Below, in pieces: positions 1 through 8,831 of a stretch of DNA of 64,000 nucleotides (the stretch's first letter is position 1; each line of letters starts with the position of its first letter). Source of the DNA: Oscillospiraceae bacterium (GTDB taxonomy: Bacteria > Bacillota > Clostridia > Oscillospirales > Ruminococcaceae); NCBI GenBank assembly GCA_017521825.1, contig JAFXBK010000084.1:30105-94104 (forward strand), written 5' to 3'. A model generated the notes under the pieces. That model saw only the letters and a list, made by a program, of their open reading frames with translations. It had not been told where the DNA came from and ran no database searches. A program made the translations under genes and the position numbers.

Positions 1-336
1 GGCGCGGCACTTTTGACCGAAGAAGGAAAGATCTATCGCGGATGCAATATTGAAAACGCCGCTTTTTCCCCGACAAACTGCGCCGAAAGAACCGCATTTT
101 TTAAAGCAGTAAGCGAAGGCGAAAGAAATTTTGCCGCAATAGCCATTGTTGGAGGCCCCAAAGGCAATCCTCCGGTGGATTATTGCTATCCCTGCGGCGT
201 TTGCCGCCAGGTTATGGCAGAATTTTGTTCCGATGATTTTGTTGTTATAATCGGAAAAACGGAGGACGATTACAGAGTTCATAAATTAAGCGACGTTCTT
301 CCTTATACTTTCAGAGAACCGGATCTTCATAAATAA
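1..336 (+). CDS. cdd: cytidine deaminase, 5' end cut by window edge
   Basis: Frame is open from nt 1. CAERTA and PCGVCRQ zinc-ligand motifs of small cytidine deaminases are present. Stop at 334-336. Confidence 0.85.
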   Translation, partial: GAALLTEEGKIYRGCNIENAAFSPTNCAERTAFFKAVSEGERNFAAIAIVGGPKGNPPVDYCYPCGVCRQVMAEFCSDDFVVIIGKTEDDYRVHKLSDVLPYTFREPDLHK

Positions 337-354
337 TCCCGAAGGCGGTGTTTT

Positions 355-1026
355 ATGAACAAAGGCGCAGTAATTTATGTTGCAAGGCTTCTTGCGGAGC
401 GTTTTATTGCGGCGGGTTTGTTCTGGATCGCGGCGGGAAGTTTTGATCTTCGCTCCGGGATATTCTTTTCTGTTTATGTTCTGGTCGCCCTTGTTTCCGT
501 AATAATAATTTACCGCAAAAATCCCGAAACGCTTAAGGAAAGGGGAAAGGTTAAAACAAATTCCCCTGGGTGGGATAAAATTTTGCTTTTGATTTTCTGG
601 CTTTCTGCGTTTTTTGTGGTTTACTACGCCGCAGGAAAAACCGTTCCGCTCGGAATGGAAATTGAATTTGATTTTATTGCCGGAATGGCAATATATCTTG
701 CTTCCGCCGTTATCACGGTAAAAGCAATGCTGGAAAACACTTTTCTTGAATCCACCGCAAGACTGCAGACCGACAGAAATCAAAAAGTTATCGAAACCGG
801 GCCATATTCCGTGGTTCGCCACCCGACTTATTCCGCGGTTCTTATGTGGTGCGTTGCGGTAAGATGTATTTTCCCTTCGGCGGAAGTTCTTATATTGGCT
901 TTTGCAATTTCGGCGGTTATAATCATAAGAACAAAACTTGAGGACGAAATGCTTTTAAAAGGTCTTTCAGGCTATGAAGAATATTCAAAAAAAGTAAAAT
1001 ATCGTCTTATTCCTTTTATATGGTAA
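355..1026 (+). CDS. isoprenylcysteine carboxyl methyltransferase (ICMT/PEMT) family membrane protein
   Basis: 223-aa multi-TM ORF with a C-terminal GPYSVVRHPTYS...EDEML motif typical of ICMT-family methyltransferases. Confidence 0.7.
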   Translation: MNKGAVIYVARLLAERFIAAGLFWIAAGSFDLRSGIFFSVYVLVALVSVIIIYRKNPETLKERGKVKTNSPGWDKILLLIFWLSAFFVVYYAAGKTVPLGMEIEFDFIAGMAIYLASAVITVKAMLENTFLESTARLQTDRNQKVIETGPYSVVRHPTYSAVLMWCVAVRCIFPSAEVLILAFAISAVIIIRTKLEDEMLLKGLSGYEEYSKKVKYRLIPFIW

Positions 1027-1066
1027 AAAAATCCCGTGCTCAAAAATGAGCACGGGATTTTTTTTG
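1025..1066. terminator. bidirectional intrinsic terminator
   Basis: A-run, stem atcccgtgctc/gagcacgggat, then an 8-nt T-run, between convergent genes. Confidence 0.8.
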
Positions 1067-1070
1067 AGCA

Positions 1071-1865
1071 TCAGCCGCATCCGCAGGAACAAACGCCGAT
1101 TCCGTCCGTTTCCTCAAGTCTGGGCGGGAAAAATTCGCTTGTGGGGAATTTGATGTGCTTGAATACTTCGCAGGGGTCGTCGGTTGTGGTAACACATTCT
1201 TTTCCGGGAATGCAGAAATCATAAGCGGGAATAAGCATCTGAACTCTGCGTTCAAGCTGAACGATTGTGAAAAGGCCCAGAGTTATAAGAACTTTTCTTC
1301 CGCAATTCGGAACAACAAAATTTCCGCAGAAGCAATTTGCCACACATTCCGGGAAGTTAAGTTCGCATCCGCCGCAGTCACATTCGCAGCAATCCGAGAT
1401 CCGGCTCGAAAGAACAATGGGAGTAACCGCCTGAACAACCGCCCTCGGGCTGTCGGAAACATTTCCGTTTCCGCCGAAAGGCATTTCGGAACTGAACACC
1501 TTAACGTTCCCTTCGCTTCCGTAAAGGATTACTTTTTTGGAAAAAAACGCAAGGCCGGTAACAGTATCCGCTGTCGAAACCGGGGTATAATACGCCGAAA
1601 GATTGACAAGGAAATAGAAAGTCATATCAACGGAATAAAAACCGCGGTTAAAGGGAATTGGTTCCACTTCAAGGAACACGTTAAGTACTTCGACGCTTTT
1701 TGCTTTAACCGAAAGCGCCCGGTCGATTTTTGCCTGTTCGGCTTCGGTGAAATAAACCTGAAGATCCTCAAGGCAATCTTTGTCCGAGCAGGAATCATAT
1801 ATGCGTCCGGCGTCTATGCAAACTGCCTCCTTAAAGGCATTGCCGTTTGTTTTTTGCTCTGCCAT
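1071..1865 (-). CDS. cysteine-rich hypothetical protein (264 aa, 18 Cys, CSCGCG C-terminus)
   Basis: ATG at 1865 lies 7 nt after a GGAGGA RBS; the track ORF starting at 1910 is a longer alternative. No signal peptide or TM. Cys clusters DCCECDCGGC and VCSCGCG. Confidence 0.75.
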   Translation of the reverse strand: MAEQKTNGNAFKEAVCIDAGRIYDSCSDKDCLEDLQVYFTEAEQAKIDRALSVKAKSVEVLNVFLEVEPIPFNRGFYSVDMTFYFLVNLSAYYTPVSTADTVTGLAFFSKKVILYGSEGNVKVFSSEMPFGGNGNVSDSPRAVVQAVTPIVLSSRISDCCECDCGGCELNFPECVANCFCGNFVVPNCGRKVLITLGLFTIVQLERRVQMLIPAYDFCIPGKECVTTTDDPCEVFKHIKFPTSEFFPPRLEETDGIGVCSCGCG

Positions 1866-1928
1866 AAAAATCCTCCTATCAAAGTGATAAAAAGCTGCCT
1901 CTTCCTTCAAAATGAAGCAAACTCAATA

Positions 1929-1955
1929 TATTTTATGAAAAGGAAGGATTTTTGT
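1929..1955 (-). promoter_or_regulatory. possible sigma-K-type mother-cell promoter (AC-16 nt-CATAAAATA)
   Basis: The minus strand reads AC, a 16-nt spacer, then CATAaaaTA, about 65 nt upstream of the 1865 start. This is a low-information motif in AT-rich DNA. Confidence 0.3.
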
Positions 1956-1962
1956 TCACTGT

Positions 1963-2208
1963 TTAAAATCTTAAATCCGAAATTATATCCTCAATATGTA
2001 AAGGATGAACACCTTTTTTAGCAAAAAAAGCCGCAAGTTTTTTTGCTTTTTCTTTTCCGCAGTTTCCTATAACCGCTTTTTCATCAAACGCACCGCCACA
2101 GATAAAAGATTCTATCCCGTAAGAATTTTCTTCCTTAAAAACGCGGTATCCAATTTCAAAATTCCTTTTCCGGTCAGCTTTTGTCTTATAAACAGCAAGA
2201 TATTCCAT
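1963..2208 (-). CDS. small hypothetical protein (81 aa)
   Basis: ATG is preceded by a GGAGGAGG RBS. No recognisable motif. Confidence 0.6.
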   Translation of the reverse strand: MEYLAVYKTKADRKRNFEIGYRVFKEENSYGIESFICGGAFDEKAVIGNCGKEKAKKLAAFFAKKGVHPLHIEDIISDLRF

Positions 2209-2304
2209 TTTTAAAACCTCCTCCGGGAATTATCCCTGGTTTGATTATATGCCTTTTATATAAAATAAATCCACCGGAAAAAACTGGCTATTACCAAAAA
2301 GAAT

Positions 2305-2333
2305 AAAAAGCGTGCCGCAAGGCACGCTTTTTT
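2305..2333 (-). terminator. intrinsic terminator after the DUF1015 gene
   Basis: Stem agcgtgcc/ggcacgct with a T-run on the minus strand. Confidence 0.8.
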
Positions 2334-2335
2334 GT

Positions 2336-3508
2336 TCATCTTATTTTTCTGCCTTCAAGGTAATATCGCTTTTCAAAAGGATGTCCCATGGCAAAACTTT
2401 TTCGTACAAAAACGGTGTTGTTTTTAATAACATCAAAAACGCTGTCCCGGTCAAATTCCCTGTAGCAAAAGGCAATGCAGCCCGGTTCTTTTCCAAGTTT
2501 TTCACAGGTGTCCGCATCGTGAACGTATTCGATAAACGCTTCCGGATGGCTTTCCAGCCAGCGGTCCAGAATCGGCTGTAATTCCTGAAGGGAAGGAAGG
2601 TTTAAAAGATCCAACCCCATCTCCGAAAGTGCCTTTTCCGGGTCGGAAACGCCGGAAAGAAGGCGGTTCATACATTCGTAAGGCATGGCCGGGTCATAAA
2701 GATTTATGATTTCCGCAAGGCAGAATCTTGCCGGGTGGTTTTTCTGTTCTTCCGGGGAAAGGTTCTTTTTTATTTCTTCCCAATAACATTTTGCGGTGGC
2801 AACGGAATGGTTTCCGTCACCGATGGCAAAAGAAAAAGTTCCGCCGTTTTCGGTAAAAAGTTCGGTAAGTATATCTGCGATTTTTTGATAAACTTCCTCG
2901 CTTACAATTTTTGTTCCGCGGATATGTCCGCCGCCTTCCATAAGGTCAAAATCATAGATTTTGGGAAGGGAGGAAGTTTCTTTTTTGAGCATGCTCATAA
3001 ATTTATCCTGTTTGTCAACTATAAGCATAAGAACATGGGGAAGTTCTATCGGTGCCTGTTTCCTGATTTCAACCCTTGGAACAACGCGGCTTATGTCGGT
3101 TCGCTCGGTGACTTTTATTAGGTTGCTGTGGCCGGGGTCAAATTCATATTCTTCAAGGTCAAAAGCCGCAATAAGGCCAAACCTTGTTCCGTCCGGGGTA
3201 TCCCTTTCCGTAAAAATAAAACCTTCGCCGATTTCCTCAAGGGTTCCGTCGGAAAGATATTTTTCCATGGCTTTTGCGCGCTTCTTATAATCTTTGTCAC
3301 CGGAAAGAAGCCACGCTTCCGGAAGTGTCATATGGAGGGTGGAAGGAGCCTTGCCAACATAGTTTTTAACTCTTTCCCAATAATCCGGCTGTGCGGCGTA
3401 TTGGTCGCAGGCAAGAACCGCATATTTTGAATAATCAATACCGTTTTTCGGCAAAAGGATGTTCGGAATTTTAACGCCGAGTTTTTCAAATTTTTCTCTG
3501 TAATCCAT
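2336..3508 (-). CDS. DUF1015 family protein
   Basis: 390 aa. The N-terminus (IPNILLPK...YAVLACDQY) resembles clostridial DUF1015 proteins from memory. Last gene of the serC-serA cluster. Confidence 0.7.
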   Translation of the reverse strand: MDYREKFEKLGVKIPNILLPKNGIDYSKYAVLACDQYAAQPDYWERVKNYVGKAPSTLHMTLPEAWLLSGDKDYKKRAKAMEKYLSDGTLEEIGEGFIFTERDTPDGTRFGLIAAFDLEEYEFDPGHSNLIKVTERTDISRVVPRVEIRKQAPIELPHVLMLIVDKQDKFMSMLKKETSSLPKIYDFDLMEGGGHIRGTKIVSEEVYQKIADILTELFTENGGTFSFAIGDGNHSVATAKCYWEEIKKNLSPEEQKNHPARFCLAEIINLYDPAMPYECMNRLLSGVSDPEKALSEMGLDLLNLPSLQELQPILDRWLESHPEAFIEYVHDADTCEKLGKEPGCIAFCYREFDRDSVFDVIKNNTVFVRKSFAMGHPFEKRYYLEGRKIR

Positions 3509-3523
3509 TTAATCCTCCTAAAA

Positions 3524-3557
3524 GGAAAGGCGGAACCGAAGTTCCGCCTTATTTTTT
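3524..3557 (-). terminator. hairpin/attenuator between serA and the DUF1015 gene
   Basis: Stem ggcggaac/gttccgcc, followed on the minus strand by TTTCCTTTT. Confidence 0.55.
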
Positions 3558-3563
3558 AAAATA

Positions 3564-4721
3564 TCAAAGAACACGAACGCGGAGTACGCCGTCGATTTGT
3601 TTAAGCTGTTCAACAAGTTCGTCGGTAACGTCCTCGTCAAAGTCAAGAATAGTGTATGCTACGCTGTCGCGGGATTTGTTGACAAGGTTTTCAATATTAA
3701 GTCCTGCGGCGGCAACTTTTTCGGTAATGGTTCCGAGCATACCGGGTTTGTTGTGATTGATAAGGGTAATTCTTGCGCCGGCGGCCCTTGGGAAGGAAAC
3801 TGCCGGAAGGTTGACGGAGTTGACTATGTTTCCGTTTTCAAGGTAATCCATAATCTGTTTTGCGGCCATTTTTGCACAGTTTTCGTCCGCTTCGGGAGTA
3901 CCCGCTCCGAGATGAGGCGTTGCAAAAACGTTTTTAAGCTCAAGCTGTTCCGCGGTGGGGAAGTCGGTGGCGTATGCTTTGACTTTTCCGCTCTTAAGAG
4001 CTTCAACAACTGCTTCGTTGTTGATAACGGGGCCGCGGGCGTAGTTGATAAGGTAAACGCCGGGTTTCATCATATCAAACTGCGCTTTACCGATATAATC
4101 TTTTGTTTCCTCGGTAAGGGGAACGTGGATGGTTATGTAATCGCAGGTTTTATAAATTTCGTCAACGTCATTGGTAAAGTTGAGATATGCCCGAAGTTCT
4201 TTCTTTCTTGCGGGAAGAAGATAGGGGTCATAACCAAGAACGTCCATTCCAAGGTCGCTGCAGGCTTTTGCCATTCTGGAACCGATGGAACCAACGCCGA
4301 TTATACCGATCTTTTTGCCCATAATTTCCGGTCCGCGGAAGGCTTCTTTTCCTTTTTCAACTTCCTTTCCGGGTTCGGTGGTGTTAAGACCTTTTACCCA
4401 TGCCGCAGCGGCTTCGACGTTTCTGGAAATCATAACGATTGCCGCAATGGTAAGTTCCTTAACAGCGTTTGCGTTTCCGCCGGGGGTGTTGAAAACAACA
4501 ACGCCTTCTTCGGTAAGGCGGTCAACGGGAATTGTGTTAACTCCGGCGCCAACCCTTACGATCGCCTTAAGGTTTTTACCCATATCAACGTTGTGAAGGG
4601 GTGCGGAATGGACCATAATTGCGTCCGGCTGATCAAGAATATCGGTGATAACGTATTTATCCTTGCTATACATATCAAGGCCTGCCTGGCCGATTTTATT
4701 GTAAGTATTAATAGTAAACAT
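3564..4721 (-). CDS. serA: D-3-phosphoglycerate dehydrogenase with C-terminal ACT domain
   Basis: 385 aa. NAD-binding GIIGVGSIGSRMA motif and 2-hydroxyacid dehydrogenase signatures. Adjacent to serC. Confidence 0.9.
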   Translation of the reverse strand: MFTINTYNKIGQAGLDMYSKDKYVITDILDQPDAIMVHSAPLHNVDMGKNLKAIVRVGAGVNTIPVDRLTEEGVVVFNTPGGNANAVKELTIAAIVMISRNVEAAAAWVKGLNTTEPGKEVEKGKEAFRGPEIMGKKIGIIGVGSIGSRMAKACSDLGMDVLGYDPYLLPARKKELRAYLNFTNDVDEIYKTCDYITIHVPLTEETKDYIGKAQFDMMKPGVYLINYARGPVINNEAVVEALKSGKVKAYATDFPTAEQLELKNVFATPHLGAGTPEADENCAKMAAKQIMDYLENGNIVNSVNLPAVSFPRAAGARITLINHNKPGMLGTITEKVAAAGLNIENLVNKSRDSVAYTILDFDEDVTDELVEQLKQIDGVLRVRVL

Positions 4722-4746
4722 AAGAAATTATCTCCTTTAAAAAAGA

Positions 4747-5823
4747 TTATTCCCTGTATCCCTTTTCAAAATCAATCATGCACTGTGCAAGACATTCAAC
4801 GCCTTCGATCGGCATTCCGTTATAAATGGAAGCACGGATTCCGCCGACGGAACGGTAGCCCGCAAGGCTTATCATTCCGCGTTTTTTCGCCATTTCGAGG
4901 AATGCGTTGGTGCTTTCGTCATCGGGAAGGGTAAATGTTACGTTCATAATGGAACGGCAATCTTTATCGGCAATTCCTTTATAAAGTTTGGAAGAGTCGA
5001 TAACGTCATAAAGAATCTGTGATTTTTTGATATTTAGTTTTTCAAGTTCGGAAACGCCGCCCTGTTCCTCGACCCATTTATAAACAAGACCGCACATATA
5101 AATTGCGAAGGTTGGCGGGGTGTTGAGCATGGAACCGGTTTTGTCCATGGTTTCGTAACGGAGAAGGGAAGGTACGATCGGATCGATATCCGGAAGAACG
5201 CTTCCGCGTTTAAAAATCGCAACGGCAACTCCGGCGGGTCCCATGTTTTTCTGTGCGCCGGCATAAACAAGAGCGTAATCTTTAACGTTGATTTCCGTTC
5301 CGAGTATGCCGGAAGTCCAGTCGCCGATAAGCGGAGTGTTTCCGTGTTCGGGAAGTTTGCGGTACATGGTTCCGCTGGTGGTGTTGTTTCCGGTTATATG
5401 AAGATATGCGGTTCCGGGAAGAATCATGTCGTTTGTAATTTCCGGAACGCTTGTTTTGGTATCAACAATTTTATAAGCATCGCACCATCGGGAAGCTTCT
5501 TCAAATGCTTTTTTGGAAAAAACGCCGTTAACTGCGTGTGCGGCTTTTTGTCCCTGGCGCGCATAGTTCATCGCCGCCATTGAAAACTGCATTGTTGCTC
5601 CGCCCTGGCAAAAAACAACCGCATAATCATCGGGAATATTCATAATGCGGCGAAGGGTTGCTTCAGTTTCTTCGATTATTTCTTCGTAAGGGCGAGATCG
5701 ATGGCTCATTTCCATAACACTGCAGCCTGCACCGGGGTAACATACCAAATCGCGCTGTGCCTGTTCAAGGACGGAAAGCGGAAGAGCCGCCGGGCCTGCT
5801 GAAAAATTGAATAATCTTTCCAT
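4747..5823 (-). CDS. serC: 3-phosphoserine aminotransferase
   Basis: 358 aa. N-terminal FNFSAGPAALP and class-V aminotransferase features. Confidence 0.92.
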   Translation of the reverse strand: MERLFNFSAGPAALPLSVLEQAQRDLVCYPGAGCSVMEMSHRSRPYEEIIEETEATLRRIMNIPDDYAVVFCQGGATMQFSMAAMNYARQGQKAAHAVNGVFSKKAFEEASRWCDAYKIVDTKTSVPEITNDMILPGTAYLHITGNNTTSGTMYRKLPEHGNTPLIGDWTSGILGTEINVKDYALVYAGAQKNMGPAGVAVAIFKRGSVLPDIDPIVPSLLRYETMDKTGSMLNTPPTFAIYMCGLVYKWVEEQGGVSELEKLNIKKSQILYDVIDSSKLYKGIADKDCRSIMNVTFTLPDDESTNAFLEMAKKRGMISLAGYRSVGGIRASIYNGMPIEGVECLAQCMIDFEKGYRE

Positions 5824-6059
5824 AAGCTTTTTTACACCTCCGAAAAAATAATAATTGCCTTTATAATAGTACTTTTTATATTATTTTCAAGCATATTATA
5901 CAAAATTTGTAGGAAATAACGAAAAACAAGTTAATATTTATACATATTTATGCGCTTTTATAGTTTTTCTGCAAAATACATGTGTTTTTCAGACAAAAAC
6001 GATATTGAGAAATTTTATGGATTGTGATAGAATTAATTAAACGAAAGGAGCTGAATATA

Positions 6060-6647
6060 ATGCCGAAGAAAAATTCCAGAAACACAAAAAGCAAAATTGT
6101 CGATGCGGCATGGCGCCTTTTTTACGAACAGGGTTACGACGACACAACCGTTGAGGATATAATCGAAGAATCCGGAACATCAAAAGGTTCTTTTTACCAT
6201 TATTTTGCGGGTAAAGATGCCTTGCTGAGCTCGCTTTCCTACCTTTTTGATGAAAAATATGAGGAAATAGAGCAGGAAATCGACCCGGAAATGGGTTCTT
6301 TTGAAAAACTTATGTTTTATAACGAACAGCTTTTCGGAATGATCGAAAACCGGATTTCCATCGATCTTCTGGCGCGGCTTTATTCTTCACAGCTTATAAC
6401 AAAAAGCGAAAAACACCTTTTGGACCGGAACAGAACCTATTATAAACTTCTCCGCCTTACTATTAAAAAAGGGCAGGAAAAAGGCGAACTTCGGGATGAC
6501 GTGACCACCGGAGAAATCGTAAAAGCCTATGCCCTTTGCGAACGGGCGCTTCTTTATGATTGGTGCATCTGTAACGGCGAATATGCTCTCCGCGAATATT
6601 CAAAACGCATGATGCCAATATTTATGAGCAAATTCAGAAAGAAATGA
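6060..6647 (+). CDS. TetR/AcrR family transcriptional regulator
   Basis: ATG at 6060 follows an AAAGGAG RBS. N-terminal HTH (KIVDAAWRLFYEQGYDDTTVEDIIEESGTSKGSFYHYF). Confidence 0.85.
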   Translation: MPKKNSRNTKSKIVDAAWRLFYEQGYDDTTVEDIIEESGTSKGSFYHYFAGKDALLSSLSYLFDEKYEEIEQEIDPEMGSFEKLMFYNEQLFGMIENRISIDLLARLYSSQLITKSEKHLLDRNRTYYKLLRLTIKKGQEKGELRDDVTTGEIVKAYALCERALLYDWCICNGEYALREYSKRMMPIFMSKFRKK

Positions 6648-6650
6648 TTT

Positions 6651-6680
6651 AAAAGCCGTGGCATTGCCATGGCTTTTTTT
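6651..6680 (+). terminator. intrinsic terminator after the TetR gene
   Basis: Stem gccgtggc/gccatggc followed by a 7-nt T-run. Confidence 0.7.
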
Positions 6681-6737
6681 ACAATAATTGCAACAAAAAA
6701 GGGAATTTCAGCCACTATTTATTCGGAGGTGATTTTT

Positions 6738-8762
6738 ATGAAAAAACTTTATCTTATTCTGCTTTTGATTTTTGCGCTCTGCGCCTGTTCCGTAACCGAA
6801 ACCCAAGAAGAACCTTCTTCATCTTCTTCCGGTTCTTCCCAGACCGGACCGAAAGTAGATATAAAAATTACCGAATTTGAAAATTTTAAGGTGGAAAAAA
6901 CTTCGATAGGCTGGGATGTAACCTTCCGGGTTTTTGATCTGGAAGGGAACCAGATCGGAAATGATTATGAATCTTTTGAAGAAATTTTATGTTTTACAGA
7001 TTTCCTCGAAGAAAAATATTATGCCGCAACCGTTACCGACGGAACAAGGCTGGATTATATTTCTCATGAACTTGACCCTTATTTTGAAAAGGTCGAGGAA
7101 GTTCCCAATACCGAAAGCTGGATTCTTAATGAATACGGCAAACCGCTTACGGATATTCCTTTTGATTATTATGAATTCAGCCAGAAGGATGTGGGTTGGG
7201 GAAACGAAGGCTTTGATGCTTTTTACGGATTCCGTAACGGCGATAAATATTGCTACGAAATAAAGGACGGAAAATTCGTCCATAAATATACCGAATATGC
7301 CGGCGAAACCGGAAACGAATATTTCGGATATAAAGAAACGGTCGCTTATTACGGTCTTGGAATGAACGTTGGTTACGGAGTGAATGATTCCGACGGAAGC
7401 GTTATTTTTGAACCTTTCCATTCAAGAATTGATTTTCCCTGCGCCGACAGATTGATTATTTACTCCGGATATATGGCGCATAATTCTTATCCTTATGAAC
7501 ATATGGCACATGTAACCGATATAGACGGAATTATTTATTCAAGCTATTCCGATGTTTATTTCTTCGATTTTGATGAAGGTTCTGTATGGATTGCTTATTA
7601 TGCCGGGGATGATTCCCACCTTGAGAAACGTTTTGATAAATATAAAGGTTACCTCGGCGAAGGTTATTGGTTTATCGATAAAGACGGAAACAGGATCAGC
7701 CCTTGCTTCAAAAGTCTTTCCGTAAACGGCCATGGAATCGGATATTTAAGCGCGATGAAAAATAAAATCAAGATTTCTCCAAACGATTTGGTAAAAGCGG
7801 AGGACGAAAACGGAAATCCCGTTGAATTCAAGCTTAAAGAATATCTTATCGACACCAGTATAATTTATCTCGGGGTTGCCGAAGATACTGAAATTTATCG
7901 TAAAACCGTTGAAACCGATAAAACCAAAAAAGATCTTCTTGAAGGAAAAGACGGAACTTTGAATTTGGTGGCAAAAGTTCCGGAGGTTGAATATTGGGTA
8001 ACGGATAAGGAAGGCAATCCACTTATTGATCAGCCGTTTTACGACATTGTTTTCTTTGAAGAAATAGATAGCGGCGACCCGGAACAATATAGATTCCCGG
8101 GAATCTGGGGTTGCTATAAAGGCGATTTTTACATTTACCGTTTTACGGAAGGAAAATTTGTGCTTGAAGAAATTTCAAAAGCCGGAGAATTTGAAATATC
8201 TGAGGGACATAAATATGAGGAAAACTATAAAAATTATGTTTGTACAACATATGATTACGGAGTTTTCAGAGCGTATTATGGTCTGAACGATAGAAATGGA
8301 AACGTAATTCTGGAACCGGTTTTTTCCTATGTTCCAACAATAGTGTTCGATGACAGAATAATCGTTTGCACGAACAACGGAAGCAGAAACAGCGGTGAAG
8401 ATGCTTTCGACACTATGATGGATTTTGACGGAAACGTAATTTGCAATTATTCGGGTATTTATTTTTATCATTTTGAAGACGGTTCGTATATCGGAATCGG
8501 TAGATATATCGGATACGGAGATGATTGGGGACATATTCTTTTGGACAAAAACGGAAAAATCCTTGAAACAGGATGCCGTTTTATCGATAAGGACGGAAAC
8601 GTTTTAAGCCCTTGTTTCGATTTGTTTGAAATCGAGGAATTTTCAGATTATTGGACTTATGATGAAATAATAGAAAATCATCTTAACGATACCGTTGCTT
8701 TTACGGATGAAAACGGAAAAGAAATAGAAATAACATTTAAAGATTATATTTGCAAAGAATAG
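6738..8762 (+). CDS. WG-repeat (KWG-like) lipoprotein, internally duplicated
   Basis: ATG at 6738 follows a GGAGGTG RBS. Signal peptide with lipobox (LIFALCAC). Repeated YGxxDxxGxxIxxPxF modules. Confidence 0.75.
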   Translation: MKKLYLILLLIFALCACSVTETQEEPSSSSSGSSQTGPKVDIKITEFENFKVEKTSIGWDVTFRVFDLEGNQIGNDYESFEEILCFTDFLEEKYYAATVTDGTRLDYISHELDPYFEKVEEVPNTESWILNEYGKPLTDIPFDYYEFSQKDVGWGNEGFDAFYGFRNGDKYCYEIKDGKFVHKYTEYAGETGNEYFGYKETVAYYGLGMNVGYGVNDSDGSVIFEPFHSRIDFPCADRLIIYSGYMAHNSYPYEHMAHVTDIDGIIYSSYSDVYFFDFDEGSVWIAYYAGDDSHLEKRFDKYKGYLGEGYWFIDKDGNRISPCFKSLSVNGHGIGYLSAMKNKIKISPNDLVKAEDENGNPVEFKLKEYLIDTSIIYLGVAEDTEIYRKTVETDKTKKDLLEGKDGTLNLVAKVPEVEYWVTDKEGNPLIDQPFYDIVFFEEIDSGDPEQYRFPGIWGCYKGDFYIYRFTEGKFVLEEISKAGEFEISEGHKYEENYKNYVCTTYDYGVFRAYYGLNDRNGNVILEPVFSYVPTIVFDDRIIVCTNNGSRNSGEDAFDTMMDFDGNVICNYSGIYFYHFEDGSYIGIGRYIGYGDDWGHILLDKNGKILETGCRFIDKDGNVLSPCFDLFEIEEFSDYWTYDEIIENHLNDTVAFTDENGKEIEITFKDYICKE

Positions 8763-8831
8763 TTATTTACATAAAGTAAAACTCACTAAAAACGATATAT
8801 TTTTGCGCTATATTGAAAGGTGGACGGTTTT

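Noticed and set aside
1155-2021. 288-aa plus-strand ORF overlapping the Cys-rich gene.
   Set aside because: It is antisense to the minus-strand ORF, which has a strong RBS and a coherent protein sequence. This is the same codon-shadow effect.
5824-6059. Possible T-box or riboswitch leader upstream of serC, and likewise upstream of metG and the nucleoside operon.
   Set aside because: The regions are AT-rich with no conserved T-box sequence, specifier or antiterminator structures, or riboswitch cores that I can recognise. The metG leader is only ~29 nt. The small palindrome tacaaa-a-tttgta (5899-5911) may be a TetR operator but is too short to call.
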